DNA of 64,000 nucleotides, from assembly GCA_010909165.1 (NCBI GenBank), contig MU008164.1:682001-746000 (forward strand), read 5' to 3'. Below the pieces are notes generated by a model that was given only the letters and a program-made list of their open reading frames with translations, searched no databases and was not told the DNA's origin. Shown in pieces: positions 25,761-38,217 of this stretch. This DNA is from Anthoceros angustus. Lineage: Eukaryota; Plantae; Anthocerotophyta. Numbering within the stretch: the stretch's first letter is position 1; every line of letters starts with the position of its first letter. The position numbers and the translations under genes were made by a program.

Positions 25761-25940
25761 CGAGGATGCTGTCTCGCGACGACTGTCGAAGGATGAGCGT
25801 CTTCAGGGGAGACCCCGTCCGGGCAGAATCGTCACACGATTTAGGGTTTCAACAACTCGGGATTCATAAATACGAGCACGACATCACACCCGAGAGCATG
25901 AAGTAAAGAAAGCACTGAGTATGCTCGGGTGCAGAGCGGC

Positions 25941-26969
25941 ATGGCTCAGGACCACAATGACGTCTACGCGCGGGAAGAGTCGCAGAAGCGGTCGGAGATC
26001 TACACCTACGATGCGCCCTGGCTGATCTATGGCATGAACTGGAGCGTGCGCAAGGACAAGAAATTCCGGCTCGCAATCGGCAGTTTCCTCGAGGAGATCA
26101 ACAACAAGGTGGAAAATCGTGCAACTGGATGATGAGACCGGGGATTTCAAAGCGGACCCCAAGCTGTCTTTCGACCATCCTTACCCGACGACGAAGATCA
26201 TGTTCATCCCGGACAAGGGTGCCAGAAGCCTGACCTGCTTGCCACCACGGGGATTATCTGCGGATTTGGCAGGTGCACGACGAGCAAGTGGAGTCCAAGA
26301 GCCTGCTGAACAACAACAAGCACAGCGAGTTCTGTGCCCTCTCACCTCCTTCGACTGGAACGAGGCGGAGCCGAAGCGGTGGGCACCTCCAGCATAGATA
26401 CCACTTGTACTATTTGGGACATTGAGAAGGAGGTGGTGGACACGCAGCTCATTGCTCATGACAAGGAGGTTTATGACATTGCATGGGGGGGAGCTGGAGT
26501 GTTTGCTTCCGTGTCTGCAGACGGTTCGGTGCGGGTTTTCGATTTGCGGGACAAGGAGCACTCCACCATCATCTACGAGAGTCCTCAGCCTGACACCCCA
26601 CTCTTGAGGCTGGGGTGGAACAAGCAGGATCCCCGCTACATGGCTACAATTCTCATGGACAACTCCAAGGTTGTGGTTTTGGATATCAGGTTTCCGACTT
26701 TGCCTGTGGCTGAGCTTCAACGGCATCAGGCATGCGTGAACGCTGTGGCCTGGGCTCCTCACAGCTCGTGCCACATATGCACGGCAGGAGATGACTCCCA
26801 GGCACTCATCTGGGACCTGTCTACCATGAGCCAGCCGGTGGACGGTGGCTTGGACCCCATTCTGGCCTACACTGCTGGAGCCGAGATTTACCAGCTGCAG
26901 TGGTCCTCTACTCAGCCGGACTGGGTTGCCATAGCCTTCTCCAAGAAGCTGCAGATCTTACGGGTCTGA
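25941..26969 (+). CDS. LWD: WD40 protein of the LWD1/AN11/DCAF7 family, copy 2 (frameshifts in 5' half)
   Basis: Near-identical to 21992-23019. 1-nt indels at about 26113-26380; the 3' 200 codons are intact. Confidence 0.88.
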
Positions 26970-27249
26970 ATGTTGCATCCAGTTTTAGGACGAACACACT
27001 TCGGTATGGCTGTTTTCAGAGGGTTTACGGGGACCTCGACTTTTATCTGTCGGCAACACAGGGTGTAGGCCAGTATTCATTTGAAACATCAGGACGATTC
27101 TCCTGCTCCGCAACGTCAGACCGTCACAGTCTTCCTGGCAGCCGTTCTCTTGAGTTGGTGCATATGGTTGCCATGCCATCTATTCTGCCCATTTGAACCC
27201 CATGGGCGATGGAGGTTCGATGGTACGTTTCACGTTACCACCGAGTTGC

Positions 27250-29959
27250 CATTGTCCTTTTGTCTCACTCTCCTCGGGGCCTTTAACAACAATTGAACAT
27301 ATTGTCCCGCCGAGGCAAGAGATTTGGAAGTGAACATATGAAGACCAAGGTCATGTTTTCAACCGGTAGGACCCGAGTTGATCGATGTTGAAGTTCTTCT
27401 ATGTTATCAATCGCCTTGATCCGTGCTCACATGTAATAATCACGAAGTGAACATATGAAGACCAAGGTCATGTTTTCAACCGGTAGGACCCGAGTTGATC
27501 GATGTTGAAGTTCTTCTATGATGGTGAGCATATGGAGATTATTCGATCTTATGTACAGGCGGCCTCTCTATGGCCCAACACTCTAATGGAAGCTCTGCCT
27601 CCATCGCATTGTCAAGGGGTGGCATCGGGCGTGGGGTTTGGAGCAGTGCTCTAGGATGCACATCAAGGACATCCCCACTCGCAATGGGCATTCCACAATT
27701 GTCATTCCCTTTGCATGTGATTTGGGGACCCTATCTCTCCTTTGGTACTACAAGGTGGAAGGTCCAAACATCTTTCTTCAGCCCCACATTGCATGTAAAG
27801 TCTGTCCCCCTTGCCATCTTTCGCGAGAATTTGCCACCTTCCGAGACTTGGCTATTCGCCCAACCAACTTCTTCTACCTCCTCTATTCTTTAGAAGAAGC
27901 TCAGTCTAATCACCCCACATCCACCCCCTCTTATCTCCTCCTTGTCTTTCAGTCCTCCCGGAAGTTAGCCTCTTCAGGTAACAAGACTTGCTGGTATGCC
28001 CAGTCTTCCTCCTGGCTCGAGAAGTTTGGATATAGTCTTGAGAGTCTTCAATCTTCAAAACCTATTCATCATTCACATAGGTTAGATAGAAATTTATATT
28101 TTGCAAATAAGGCTTTTGAAGCCACATCCTACACATCCCATTTATCTCATCATGAGCTTGAAAATTTTGATGCCGTTCTAAATTCTCTTTTGATTGTCAA
28201 GAATTCTGTGCTTGAGTTCTCTAGTAGTCTTACATCTCGCTTGGATAGGTTTGAGAAACAAAGAGAATCTGACCTCGTGTTAGTAGTTGACATAGAGCTC
28301 GACATAAAGAAACATTGCGAGGAACTTTAAAATGCTGACTGAGCAGATTGCTCACTCGATCTTTCCCTCCAACTCTTTTCTTCCTCCTCTCCGAATCGCT
28401 AACCTTTCGAGTCCTTCATATTCTCATTGCTAATTCTCCCGCTCCATCTTATATGCAAATGACATTGTCCTTTTGTCTCACTCTCCTCAGGGCCTTTAAC
28501 AACAATTGAACATATTGTCCCGCTTCTGCGAGGCAAGAGATTTGGAAGTGAACATGAAGAAGACCAAGGTCATGTTTTTCAACCGGCGGGACCCAGTTGA
28601 TCAGATGTTGAAGTTCTTCTATGATGGTGAGCATATGGAGATTGTTCGATCTTATGTACCTGGGCGGCACTCTCTATGGCCCAACACTCTAATGGAAGCT
28701 CTCTGCCTCCGCTCGCATTGTCCAAGGGGTGGCATCGGCGTGGGGTTTGGAGACAGTGCTCTAGGATGCACATCAAGGACATCCCCACTCGCAATGGGCA
28801 TTCCACAATTGTCATTCCCTTTGCATGTGATTTGGGGACCCTATCTCTCCTTTGGTACTACAAGGTGGAAGAGGTCCAAACATCTTTTCTTCAGCCCCAC
28901 ATTGCATGTAAGAAGTCTGTCCCCCTTGCCATCTTTCGTGCAGAATTTGCCACCTTCCCGCTTGAACTTGACGCTATTTCGCCCAACCAACTTCTTCTAC
29001 CTCCTCTATTCTTTAGAAGAAGCTCAGTCTAATCACCCCACATCCACCCCCTCTTATCTCCTCCTTGTCTTTCAGTCCTCCCGGAAGTTAGCCTCTTCAG
29101 GTAACAAGACTTGCTGGTATGCCCAGTCTTCCCGCTCGAGAAGTTTGGATATAGTCTTGAGAGTCATGTGGCAAAGTTCGAGCTACAAGGGCTAAATCGG
29201 CCTCATGTGGGGTCATAATTCTAGAGTCGAGGCGGCCATACGGATGTTAGCCTCTTGGGTAACAAGACTTCTTGGTATGCCCGATCTTCCTCACAGCTCG
29301 AGAAGTTTGGATATAGTCTTGAGAGTCTTCAAGCCCACACCCTCTTCCGTTCCCCCCCTCCACAGATAAGTCCATCCGCCTTGAGTTGCAAACTACATAT
29401 TTGTCTTATGCCTAGTCTCCTATCTTTCCCTTACCCACTAAGCTCGATACCTATAAACAACATTTTTGCACCCTTTCCAACTTTGGGAAACCAGAGTATT
29501 TCCTCTCTATCTTCACCCATGTGTCTTTCAAGCTTAGGATGATTCTGAGGTCATCTTAGGTGTCACATCGTCTCGATTGGGACCCGTGGATGGCTATGTC
29601 CAAATCCACTAAAAGAGTCGAATTGCGGGTTATGCAACAAGGGTGTTGAGATTGAAGAACACTTTGTGTTCCTGTCCCATTATGAAGATGTCGGGCATAC
29701 TTTTATGAAATCTATTTACTGACTTGATCTTCACTCGGGGTTTTCTCTTTTCCTAACCATTATTACGTGTTTGCTTGAAAAAATGTGGGAAGTGACCATA
29801 TTCAACTTTTCAACACGATGGTAATTATGTACAACAACACTAGTTTCAAGGCCGGACTCTAAATAGCAGTTAATTCTCATTATGCCCTTTGTGTAACTCA
29901 TCAATTCGGTCCATGGCGGAAATCCATCCTAGTGGACTTAAATAAAATTCTTCTTCTTC
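27250..29959 (+). mobile_element. RTEX/L2-like non-LTR retrotransposon fragments (RT and 3' end), internally duplicated
   Basis: ILYANDIVLLSHSPQGL*QQLNILSRFCEARDLEVNMKKTKVMFFN (RT motif region). The 3' end has AATAAAA(TTC)n at about 29941-29959. Confidence 0.85.
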
Positions 29960-30032
29960 CCGAATATTATCGAACTCAGCAGTTAAGCGCCCTTGGGCGG
30001 ATCGATTGGGATGGGTGACCTCCGGGAAGTCC
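29960..30032 (+). rRNA. 5S rRNA 3' fragment (pseudogene), copy A
   Basis: AGTTAAGCGCCCTTGGGCGG...GGGATGGGTGACCTCCGGGAAGTCC, followed by a T-rich terminator-like tract. Confidence 0.85.
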
Positions 30033-30555
30033 AGTCTTCCTCTCTCCATTTTCATTTTCTTTCCTTTTTTCACATCGGTAGAATAAATAAAACCCAACTC
30101 CTTTTTCCTTCATTACATCACACATTATATGACATGCTCATTTTAGAATTCAATACTTTTCTCATTCTTAGAGAATTCAATAGCCATTCGCTGATTCCTA
30201 GATGATTCAATCGCCATTTACTCATTCCTAGAGAATTCAATCACCATTTGCTCATTCCTAGAATTCAATCGCCATTTGCTCTTCCTAGAATTCAATCACC
30301 ATTTGCTGCCTACGTTATTCAATCACCCATTTGTTGCCCTGCCCTGCCTGCCGTCCACTTTAATCACCCTTTATTAAAGGTTGAACAAAATGACACATAC
30401 ACGCCGTCACAAACACTGCTCGGGGGGCTGCCGGCGACCAAGGCAGGCACGGGAATATGGAATGAACTGGCGGATGTGAGTGGGGCGGGGTGTTGTGCAA
30501 TGTGGACAACCTTGGTGCACTAGGTGTGCTCATACCAAGTTCCGATTGACTACAA

Positions 30556-31820
30556 GCCTCTTGGGTAACAAGACTTCTTGGTATGCCCGATCTTCCTCAC
30601 AGCTCGAGAAGTTTGGATATAGTCTTGAGAGTCTTCAAGCCCACACCCTCTTCCGTTCCCCCCCTCCACAGATAAGTCCATCCGCCTTGAGTTGCAAACT
30701 ACATATTTGTCTTATGCCTAGTCTCCTATCTTTCCCTTACCCACTAAGCTCGATACCTATAAACAACATTTTTGCACCCTTTCCAACTTTGGGAAACCAG
30801 AGTATTTCCTCTCTATCTTCACCCATGTGTCTTTCAAGCTTAGGATGATTCTGAGGTCATCTTAGGTGTCACATCGTCTCGATTGGGACCCGTGGATGGC
30901 TATGTCCAAATCCACTAAAAGAGTCGAATTGCGGGTTATGCAACAAGGGTGTTGAGATTGAAGAACACTTTGTGTTCCTGTCCCATTATGAAGATGTCGG
31001 GCATACTTTTATGAAATCTATTTACTGACTTGATCTTCACTCGGGGTTTTCTCTTTTCCTAACCATTATTACGTGTTTGCTTGAAAAAATGTGGGAAGTG
31101 ACCATATTCAACTTTTCAACACGATGGTAATTATGTACAACAACACTAGTTTCAAGGCCGGACTCTAAATAGCAGTTAATTCTCATTATGCCCTTTGTGT
31201 AACTCATCAATTCGGTCCATGGCGGAAATCCATCCTAGTGGACTTAAATAAAATTCTTCTTCTTCCCGAATATTATCGAACTCAGCAGTTAAGCGCCCTT
31301 GGGCGGATCGATTGGGATGGGTGACCTCCGGGAAGTCCAGTCTTCCTCTCTCCATTTTCATTTTCTTTCCTTTTTTCACATCGGTAGAATAAATAAAACC
31401 CAACTCCTTTTTCCTTCATTACATCACACATTATATGACATGCTCATTTTAGAATTCAATACTTTTCTCATTCTTAGAGAATTCAATAGCCATTCGCTGA
31501 TTCCTAGATGATTCAATCGCCATTTACTCATTCCTAGAGAATTCAATCACCATTTGCTCATTCCTAGAATTCAATCGCCATTTGCTCTTCCTAGAATTCA
31601 ATCACCATTTGCTGCCTACGTTATTCAATCACCCATTTGTTGCCCTGCCCTGCCTGCCGTCCACTTTAATCACCCTTTATTAAAGGTTGAACAAAATGAC
31701 ACATACACGCCGTCACAAACACTGCTCGGGGGGCTGCCGGCGACCAAGGCAGGCACGGGAATATGGAATGAACTGGCGGATGTGAGTGGGGCGGGGTGTT
31801 GTGCAATGTGGACAACCTTG
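30556..31820 (+). repeat. Apparently exact tandem copy (period 1306 bp) of 29250-30514: LINE 3' end + 5S 3' fragment (31266-31338) + spacer
   Basis: Identical ORF translations offset by 1306 (29870/31176, 29993/31299, 30248/31554). Confidence 0.9.
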
Positions 31821-31827
31821 TTGCACG

Positions 31828-31855
31828 TGGTGCGGTCATACAGGGCCACCACCCG
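31828..31855 (+). rRNA. 5S rRNA 5' fragment (about 28 nt)
   Basis: TGGTGCGGTCATACAGGGCCACCACCCG; GGTGCGG is complementary to the CTGCACC 3' end of the 5S fragment at 35184-35190. Confidence 0.75.
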
Positions 31856-32118
31856 CCCCTTGCCTGATGTTGGGCTGGGAGATGATGACCTCAAATAGGA
31901 AGTGGACCAGTGCCTCAGGACACGGCATCCTAAGTCTTTAGTACCCTGAAGCTGAAGCAACAGCTCATGTTTCTGAGGATGAGGTGAGGAAAGCATGCAG
32001 TACAATGTGCCTTGCTCTAGTTCGTCATGTGGGCATTGAGGCGATCAAGATTCTGCAATCACCAACTCAGGATTCGCAAAGTGAAACAGATTGGCAAGAA
32101 TGCTCCCATGCTATCTTC

Positions 32119-32968
32119 AGCTCATCGCCTTTCCTCCCAAGATGTCAGAAACTCTCCGACACTATCGTCATCCCTGGTTTGATAATGAATGCAAACGCCT
32201 TCGTTTCCTCACTCATCAGCATCTCCGTGCCCTCAATGTCCCATCCAAGTCTCATCATACTCAACTATACAAGGAGGTTGTCAAGCCTTACAAAGCCCTC
32301 ATTGTCGCCAAGAAGTCTGCTTTCTTTTTATTCCAACGCGATCGCTTGACGAGCCTTCTTGGGGCCGAGCTTATCAACTATGTGCAAACTCTTTTCTTCC
32401 TCCTCTCCGAATCTGCTAACCTTTCCAGGAGTCCTTCATATTCTCATTGCTAATTCTCCCGCTCCATCTTATATGCAAATGACATTGTCCTTTTGTCTCA
32501 CTCTCCTCAGGGCCTTTAACAACAATTGAACATATTGTCCCGCTTCTGCGAGGCAAGAGATTTGGAAGTGAACATGAAGAAGACCAAGGTCATGTTTTTC
32601 AACCGGTAGGACCCGAGTTGATCGGATGTTGAAGTTCTTCTATGATGGTGAGCATATGGAGATTGTTCGATCTTATGTACCTGGGCGGCACTCTCTATGG
32701 CCCAACACTCTAATGGAAGCTCTCTGCCTCCGCTCGCATTGTCCAAGGGGTGGCATCGGCGTGGGGTTTGGAGACAGTGCTCTAGGATGCACATCAAGGA
32801 CATCCCCACTCAGCAATGGCTGTTCAACACAATTGTCATTCCTTCCGTTATGTATGCATGCCGAGATTTGGGGACCCTATCTCTCACTGGACGACTGGTA
32901 CAAGGTGGAAGAGGTCCAAACATCTTTTCTTCAGCCCCACATTGCATGTAAGAAGTCTCATCCCCTTG
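32119..32968 (+). mobile_element. RTEX-like LINE ORF2 fragment
   Basis: HPWFDNECKRLR linker motif followed by the RT segment LYANDIVLLS...NMKKTKVM. Confidence 0.8.
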
Positions 32969-33389
32969 CCTGATGTTGGGCTAGGAGATGATGACCTCAA
33001 ATAGGAAGTGGACCAGTGCCTCAGGACACGGCATCCTAAGTCTTTGAGTACCCTGAAGCTGAAGCAACAGCTCATGTTTCTGAGGATGAGGTGAGGAAAG
33101 CATGCACGCAGTACAATGTACCCTTGCTCTAGTTCGTCATGTGGGCATTGAGGCGATCAAGATTCTGCAATCACCAACTCAGGATTCGCAAAGTGAAACA
33201 GATTGGCAAGAATGCTCCCATGCTATCTTCCACTCCTTGATCATGGTGGAACTGGACAGGGAAGGGCGGCATTTCTTTTGCAGCGCTGTGGCGGATCAGT
33301 TGAGTTACCCAAACAGCCACACACACTACTTCTCATGTGTGCTGTTGTATCTGCAATTGCCAAGTTCAAGGACGAGATATGGAATTTCA

Positions 33390-33880
33390 CAGTTCACTAT
33401 TGAAACAAGACAGCTCTAAATGTGTGAACACTTTGTGATTGAAACTGGATAGCTCTAAATGAATGAACACTTTGTTACTAAAACTGGACAGCTCTAAGTG
33501 TGTGTCCAAAGTGGATGGATGCCCTTGGCACACCATGGTGCAAGGCTGCCTCGAGGGAGTAGATGCCATGAGACTTGTAGATGAGTGGATGCCTTCTCGA
33601 AATCTCTTTAGAATTCACTCCATATCCGACTCCTACTTGACACCATCAATCAGGATCACAAGAATTCACAGTTCACTACTGAAATTGGACAGCGACATCT
33701 CTAAATGTGAGGACACTTTGTTATTGAAATTGGACAGCTCTAAATGTATCATGAACACTTAGTTACTGAAATTGGACAGCTCTAAATGTGTGTGCAAAGT
33801 GGATGGATGCCCTGGGCACACCATGGTGCAAGGCTGCCTGCAGGGAGTGGATAACATGGGACTTGTAGATGAGTGGATGC
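33390..33880 (+). repeat. Degenerate array of about 38-bp units (…ACTGGACAGCTCTAAATG…) inside a larger duplication; second copy at 36829-37330
   Basis: Recurrent LLLKLDSSKC translation units in the ORF track. Confidence 0.8.
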
Positions 33881-34391
33881 CTTTGGCAAGTCCTATTATG
33901 ATAGGAAAAATTCCGTCCTTCTTTTCTACGCTCGATGTCCTCGAGAACAGAGACAGCCCTTTGCTGCTGTTAGGGTGAAGGTTGGAACGCTTACCAGCAG
34001 CCCGCCTACGGATAGATCACAGCCTTGCCGGCTGCCGTTTGGGTTGGCGGCTCACAGCTCCGGCAAGACAATGCACCAGTATAGGAAACCCTGCTTTGGG
34101 ACGAGGCGCTGGCCAATTCTGCACACCCCGGTCGGCCCAAACCCCTCCGAGCAAAATCTCCTTCTACCTTGTCCTCCCTTCAAGGAGTGACATCCAATCC
34201 ATACATGAGTTCATTGGAATTCCCCAATTAAACGTCATTGGGACGGATTAGTGCTCGGATGGGGTGCCACCCATCTCCTTCAGGAGGATTGGGGCTGTGA
34301 TTGGGGCTGTGCATACAGCATTGAGACAACCGTGGAGGAATGGACACTATTTACTTTGTGGAGTTTGATGAAATCTTGGGAACAGGTGTGT

Positions 34392-34605
34392 TCACCTGTA
34401 AGTGGTCACCATGGTGGATGAAGATGAGGGCTTCTTTTGCTACCTCGTTTCCCAGACAGTGTGAGCCTCCCAGAATGGCATGAAGGTGTACTGCCTGGGG
34501 TTATGGAGAAACCAATCCAGGTTGAACTTGGTGGGGTTGGGGTACAGCTCGGGATCCATGTGTACGTTTCTGTAGTTGCAAAATTTCTTCCTGTCTTTGG
34601 GAAAC
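34392..34605 (-). pseudogene. Cytochrome P450 C-terminal exon fragment (degraded copy)
   Basis: Duplicate of 37851-38072 with indels. Confidence 0.75.
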
Positions 34606-35100
34606 CAGTATTTCCTCTCTATCTTCACACCCATGTGTCTTTCAAGCTTAGGATGATTACAGGTCATCTTCGTGTCACATCGTCTCAGGATTGGGACTGA
34701 TAGATGGCTATGTCCAAATCCACTAAAAGAGTCCAGAATTTGCAGGTTATGCAACAAGGGTGTTGAGATTGAAGAACACTTTGTGTTCCTCTGTCCCATT
34801 TATGAAGATGTCAGGCATACTTTTATAAATCTATTTACGACAGCTTGATCTTCACTCAGGGGTTTTTTCTCTTTTCCTAACCATTATTGCAAGTGTTTGC
34901 TTGAAAAAAATGTGGGAAATGAAAACGCAACATATTCAACTTTTCAACCTGCCAGATAATTAATTATGCTTCACAACACTAGTTTCAAGGCCAGACTCTA
35001 AATAGCAGTTAATTCTCATTATGCCCTTTGTGTAACTCTGTCAATTCAGTCCCATGACGGAAATCCATCCTAGTGGACTTAAATAAAATTCTTCTTCTTC
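34596..35100 (+). mobile_element. RTEX-like LINE 3' end with CCHC zinc finger and (TTC)4 tail
   Basis: SHRLRIGTDRW...RICRLCNKGVEIEEHFVFLCPIYEDVR, then a 3' UTR with stem-loop, AATAAAA and TTC x4. Confidence 0.85.
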
Positions 35101-35190
35101 CCGAATGTTATCAGAACTCAACAGTTAAGCGCCCTTGGGCCGGATCAGTATTGGGATGGGTGACCTCCCGGGAAGTCCCGGTGCTGCACC
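35101..35190 (+). rRNA. 5S rRNA 3' fragment (about 90 nt), best-preserved copy
   Basis: ATCAGAACTC..CAGTTAAGCGCCCTTGGGCCGGATCAGTATTGGGATGGGTGACCTCCCGGGAAGTCCCGGTGCTGCACC plus downstream oligo-T. Resembles bryophyte-type 5S as I recall it. Confidence 0.9.
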
Positions 35191-35289
35191 CTCTCTCTCC
35201 ATTTTCATTTTCTTTCCTTTTTCCTGTCGGTATGAATAAAATAAAACCCAACTCCTTTTTTCCTTCTACGTACATCACACATTATATGA

Positions 35290-35500
35290 CATGCTCATTT
35301 TTAGAGAATTCAATCGCCATTTGCTCATTCTTAGAGAATTCAATCGCCATTCGCTGATTCCTAGATGATTCAATCGCCATTTACTCATTCCTAGAGAATT
35401 CAATCACCATTTGCTCATTCCTAGAGAATTCAATCGCCATTTGCTCTTCCTAGAGAATTCAATCACCATTTGCTGCCTACGTTATTCAATCACCCATTTG
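35290..35500 (+). repeat. 5S spacer sub-repeats (about 30 bp, TTGCTCATTCCTAGAGAATTCAATCGCCAT, about 6 copies)
   Basis: Direct tandem units, also present at about 30135-30330 and 31441-31636. Confidence 0.85.
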
Positions 35501-35694
35501 TTGCCCTGCCCCCTGCCTGCCGTCCACTTTAATCACCCTTTATTAAAGGTTGAACAAAATGACACATACACGCCGTCACAAACACTGCTCGGGGGCCCGG
35601 GCTGCCGGCGACCAAGGCAGGCACGGGAATATGGAATGAACTGGCGGATGTAGTGGGGCGGGGTGTTGTGCAATGTGGACAACCTTGTTGCACG

Positions 35695-35723
35695 TGGTGC
35701 GGTCATACAGGGGCCACCACCCG
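35695..35723 (+). rRNA. 5S rRNA 5' fragment
   Basis: TGGTGCGGTCATACAGGGGCCACCACCCG, one spacer downstream of the 35101 fragment. Confidence 0.75.
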
Positions 35724-37850
35724 CCCCTTGCCTGATGTTGGGCTAGGAGATGATGACCTCAAATAGGAAGTGGACCAGTGCCTCAGGACACGGCATCCTA
35801 AGTCTTTGAGTACCCTGAAGCTGAAGCAACAGCTCATGTTTCTGAGGATGAGGTGAGGAAAGCATGCACGCAGTACAATGTACCCTTGCTCTAGTTCGTC
35901 ATGTGGGCATTGAGGCGATCAAGATTCTGCAATCAGCGCCTGACTTAGTTCCCTCACAGTACTTACGTACAGGGAGATTCACAGAATTCACATGTTCTCT
36001 GACATGAGAAGAGGGTACATCCGTCTTAGCTGTCTCCAGTTTAAACAAGGTTGGAGCAAAGCAACCATATTCCCCTCAGAAGCTCAGAAGAAGAAAGCAG
36101 TACACGATAGACAGCTAGTTCGTCTTCATTCTCACGGTCGACCCTTACAACTGCAACAACCAGCTGCAATTGAATGCACACGGTACCCATCCTCACAACA
36201 ATGTCTCTTTCTTCGACCCTTGACATGATCTCCGTGGAACTGGATTGCCAAGACGGAGGCTCTCCGGAAGCACCTGCAGTCGTGAATTAAGCAGGCAGAA
36301 GGGAGTCAGAAAGCAGAATCTTGGATGTGCAATACATGCTGGATCAATGTGATGTCCCTAGAGGAGAGTTACATACACGATAGGTGATGAAATCAATGGG
36401 ACGGTAATGGCGTCAGTCTGAAATCAGTGCTACGGGACTGGCTACCCAAGACCATCGCACGACCGACTTCTGCAGACGCTGCACCTTCCCTCTCCCTCCC
36501 TCCCCCCTGCAGGCCTTCAGGGGTTGCAAGTGGTGATGGCTGCAGTTTCCCCTGCAATCAGCGCCTGACTTAGTTCCCTCACAGTACTTACGTACAGGAG
36601 GAGATTCACAGAATTCACATGTTCTCTGACATGAGAAGAGGGTACATCCGTCTTAGCTGTCTCCAGTTTAAACAAGGTTGGAGCAAAGCAACCATATTCC
36701 CCTCAGAAGCTCAGAAGAAGAAAGCAGTACACGATAGACAGCTAGTTCGTCTTCATTCTCACGGTCGACCCTTACAACTGCAACAACCAGCTGCAATTGC
36801 CAAGTTCAAGGACGAGATATGGAATTCACAGTTCACTATTGAAACAAGACAGCTCTAAATGTGTGAACACTTTGTGATTGAAACTGGATAGCTCTAAATG
36901 AATGAACACTTTGTTACTAAAACTGGACAGCTCTAAGTGTGTGTCCAAAGTGGATGGATGCCCTTGGCACACCATGGTGCAAGGCTGCCTCGAGGGAGTA
37001 GATGCCATGAGACTTGTAGATGAGTGGATGCCCTTCTCTAGCCGAAATCTCTTTAGAATTCACTCGGCCATATCCGACTCCTACTTGACACCATCCAATC
37101 GGGATCACAAGAATTCACAGTTCACTACTGAAATTGGACAGCGACATCTCTAAATGTGAGGACACTTTGTTATTGAAATTGGACAGCTCTAAATGTATCA
37201 TGAACACTTAGTTACTGAAATTGGACAGCTCTAAATGTGTGTGCAAAGTGGATGGATGCCCTGGGCACACCATGGTGCAAGGCTGCCTGCAGGGAGTGGA
37301 TAACATGGGACTTGTAGATGAGTGGATGCCTTTGGCAAGTCCTATTATGATAGGAAAAATTCCGTCCTTCTTTTCTACGCTCGATGTCCTCGAGAACAGA
37401 GACGGCCCTTTTGCTGCTGTTAGGGTGAAGGTTGGAACGCTTTACCAGCAGCCCGCCTACGGATAGATCACAGCCTTGCCGGCTGCCGTTTGGGTTGGCG
37501 GCTCACAGGAGCTCCGGCAAGACAATGCACCAGTATAGGAAACCCTGCTTTGGGACGAGGCGCTGGCCAATTCTGCACACCCCCCGGTCCGGCCCAAACC
37601 CCTCCGAGCAAAATCTCCTTCTACCTTGTCCTCCCTTCAAGGAGTGACATCCAATCCATACATGAGTTCATTGGAATTCCCCAATTAAACGTCATTGGGA
37701 CGGATTAGTGCTCGGATGGGGTGCCACCCATCTCCTTCAGGAGGATTGGGGCTGTGATTGGGGCTGTGCATACACAGCATTGAGACAACCGTGGAGGAAT
37801 GGACACTATTTACTTTGTGGAGTTTGATGAAATCTTGGGAACGAGTGTGT

Positions 37851-38072
37851 TCACCTGTAAGTGGTCACCATGTAGTGGATGAAGATGAGGGCTTCCAGCT
37901 TTGCTACCTCGTTTCCCAGACAGTAGCGTGAGCCTCCCCCGAATGGCATGAAGGTGTACTGCCTGGGGTTATGGAGAAACCAATCCGGGTTGAACTTGGT
38001 GGGGTTGGGGTACAGCTCGGGATCCATGTGTACGTTTCTGTAGTTGCAAAATTTCTTCCTGTCTTTGGGAAA
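37851..38072 (-). pseudogene. Cytochrome P450 exon (PERF-like and heme-binding motifs), isolated fragment
   Basis: HMDPELYPNPTKFNPDWF...FMPFGGGSRYCLGNEVAKLE (FxxGxRxCxG). No upstream P450 exons recognised. Confidence 0.85.
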
Positions 38073-38090
38073 CACTTGTCCTGCACATCG

Positions 38091-38217
38091 CAAATTTGCT
38101 TAGAGTTGAATTAGATGAGCAAGAGTGGAAGACAAATTTGCTTAGAGTTGAATTAGATGAGCAAGAGTGGAAGACAAATTTGCTTAGAGTTGAATTAGAT
38201 GAGCAAGAGTGGAAGAC
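38091..38217 (+). repeat. 42-bp tandem repeat x3
   Basis: CAAATTTGCTTAGAGTTGAATTAGATGAGCAAGAGTGGAAGA repeated; only one unit in the duplicate at 40043. Confidence 0.9.

Noticed and set aside
29960-30032. Cassandra TRIM interpretation of the 5S pieces
   Set aside because: No TG...CA LTRs, PBS or PPT around them. They retain a T-rich terminator, spacer and matching 5' halves, as in 5S rDNA.
35290-35500. About 30-bp repeats resembling a CRISPR array (also 33390-33880, 38091-38217, 42103-42255)
   Set aside because: Units are contiguous with no unique spacers, the context is eukaryotic, and there are no cas genes. These are minisatellites or 5S spacer sub-repeats.
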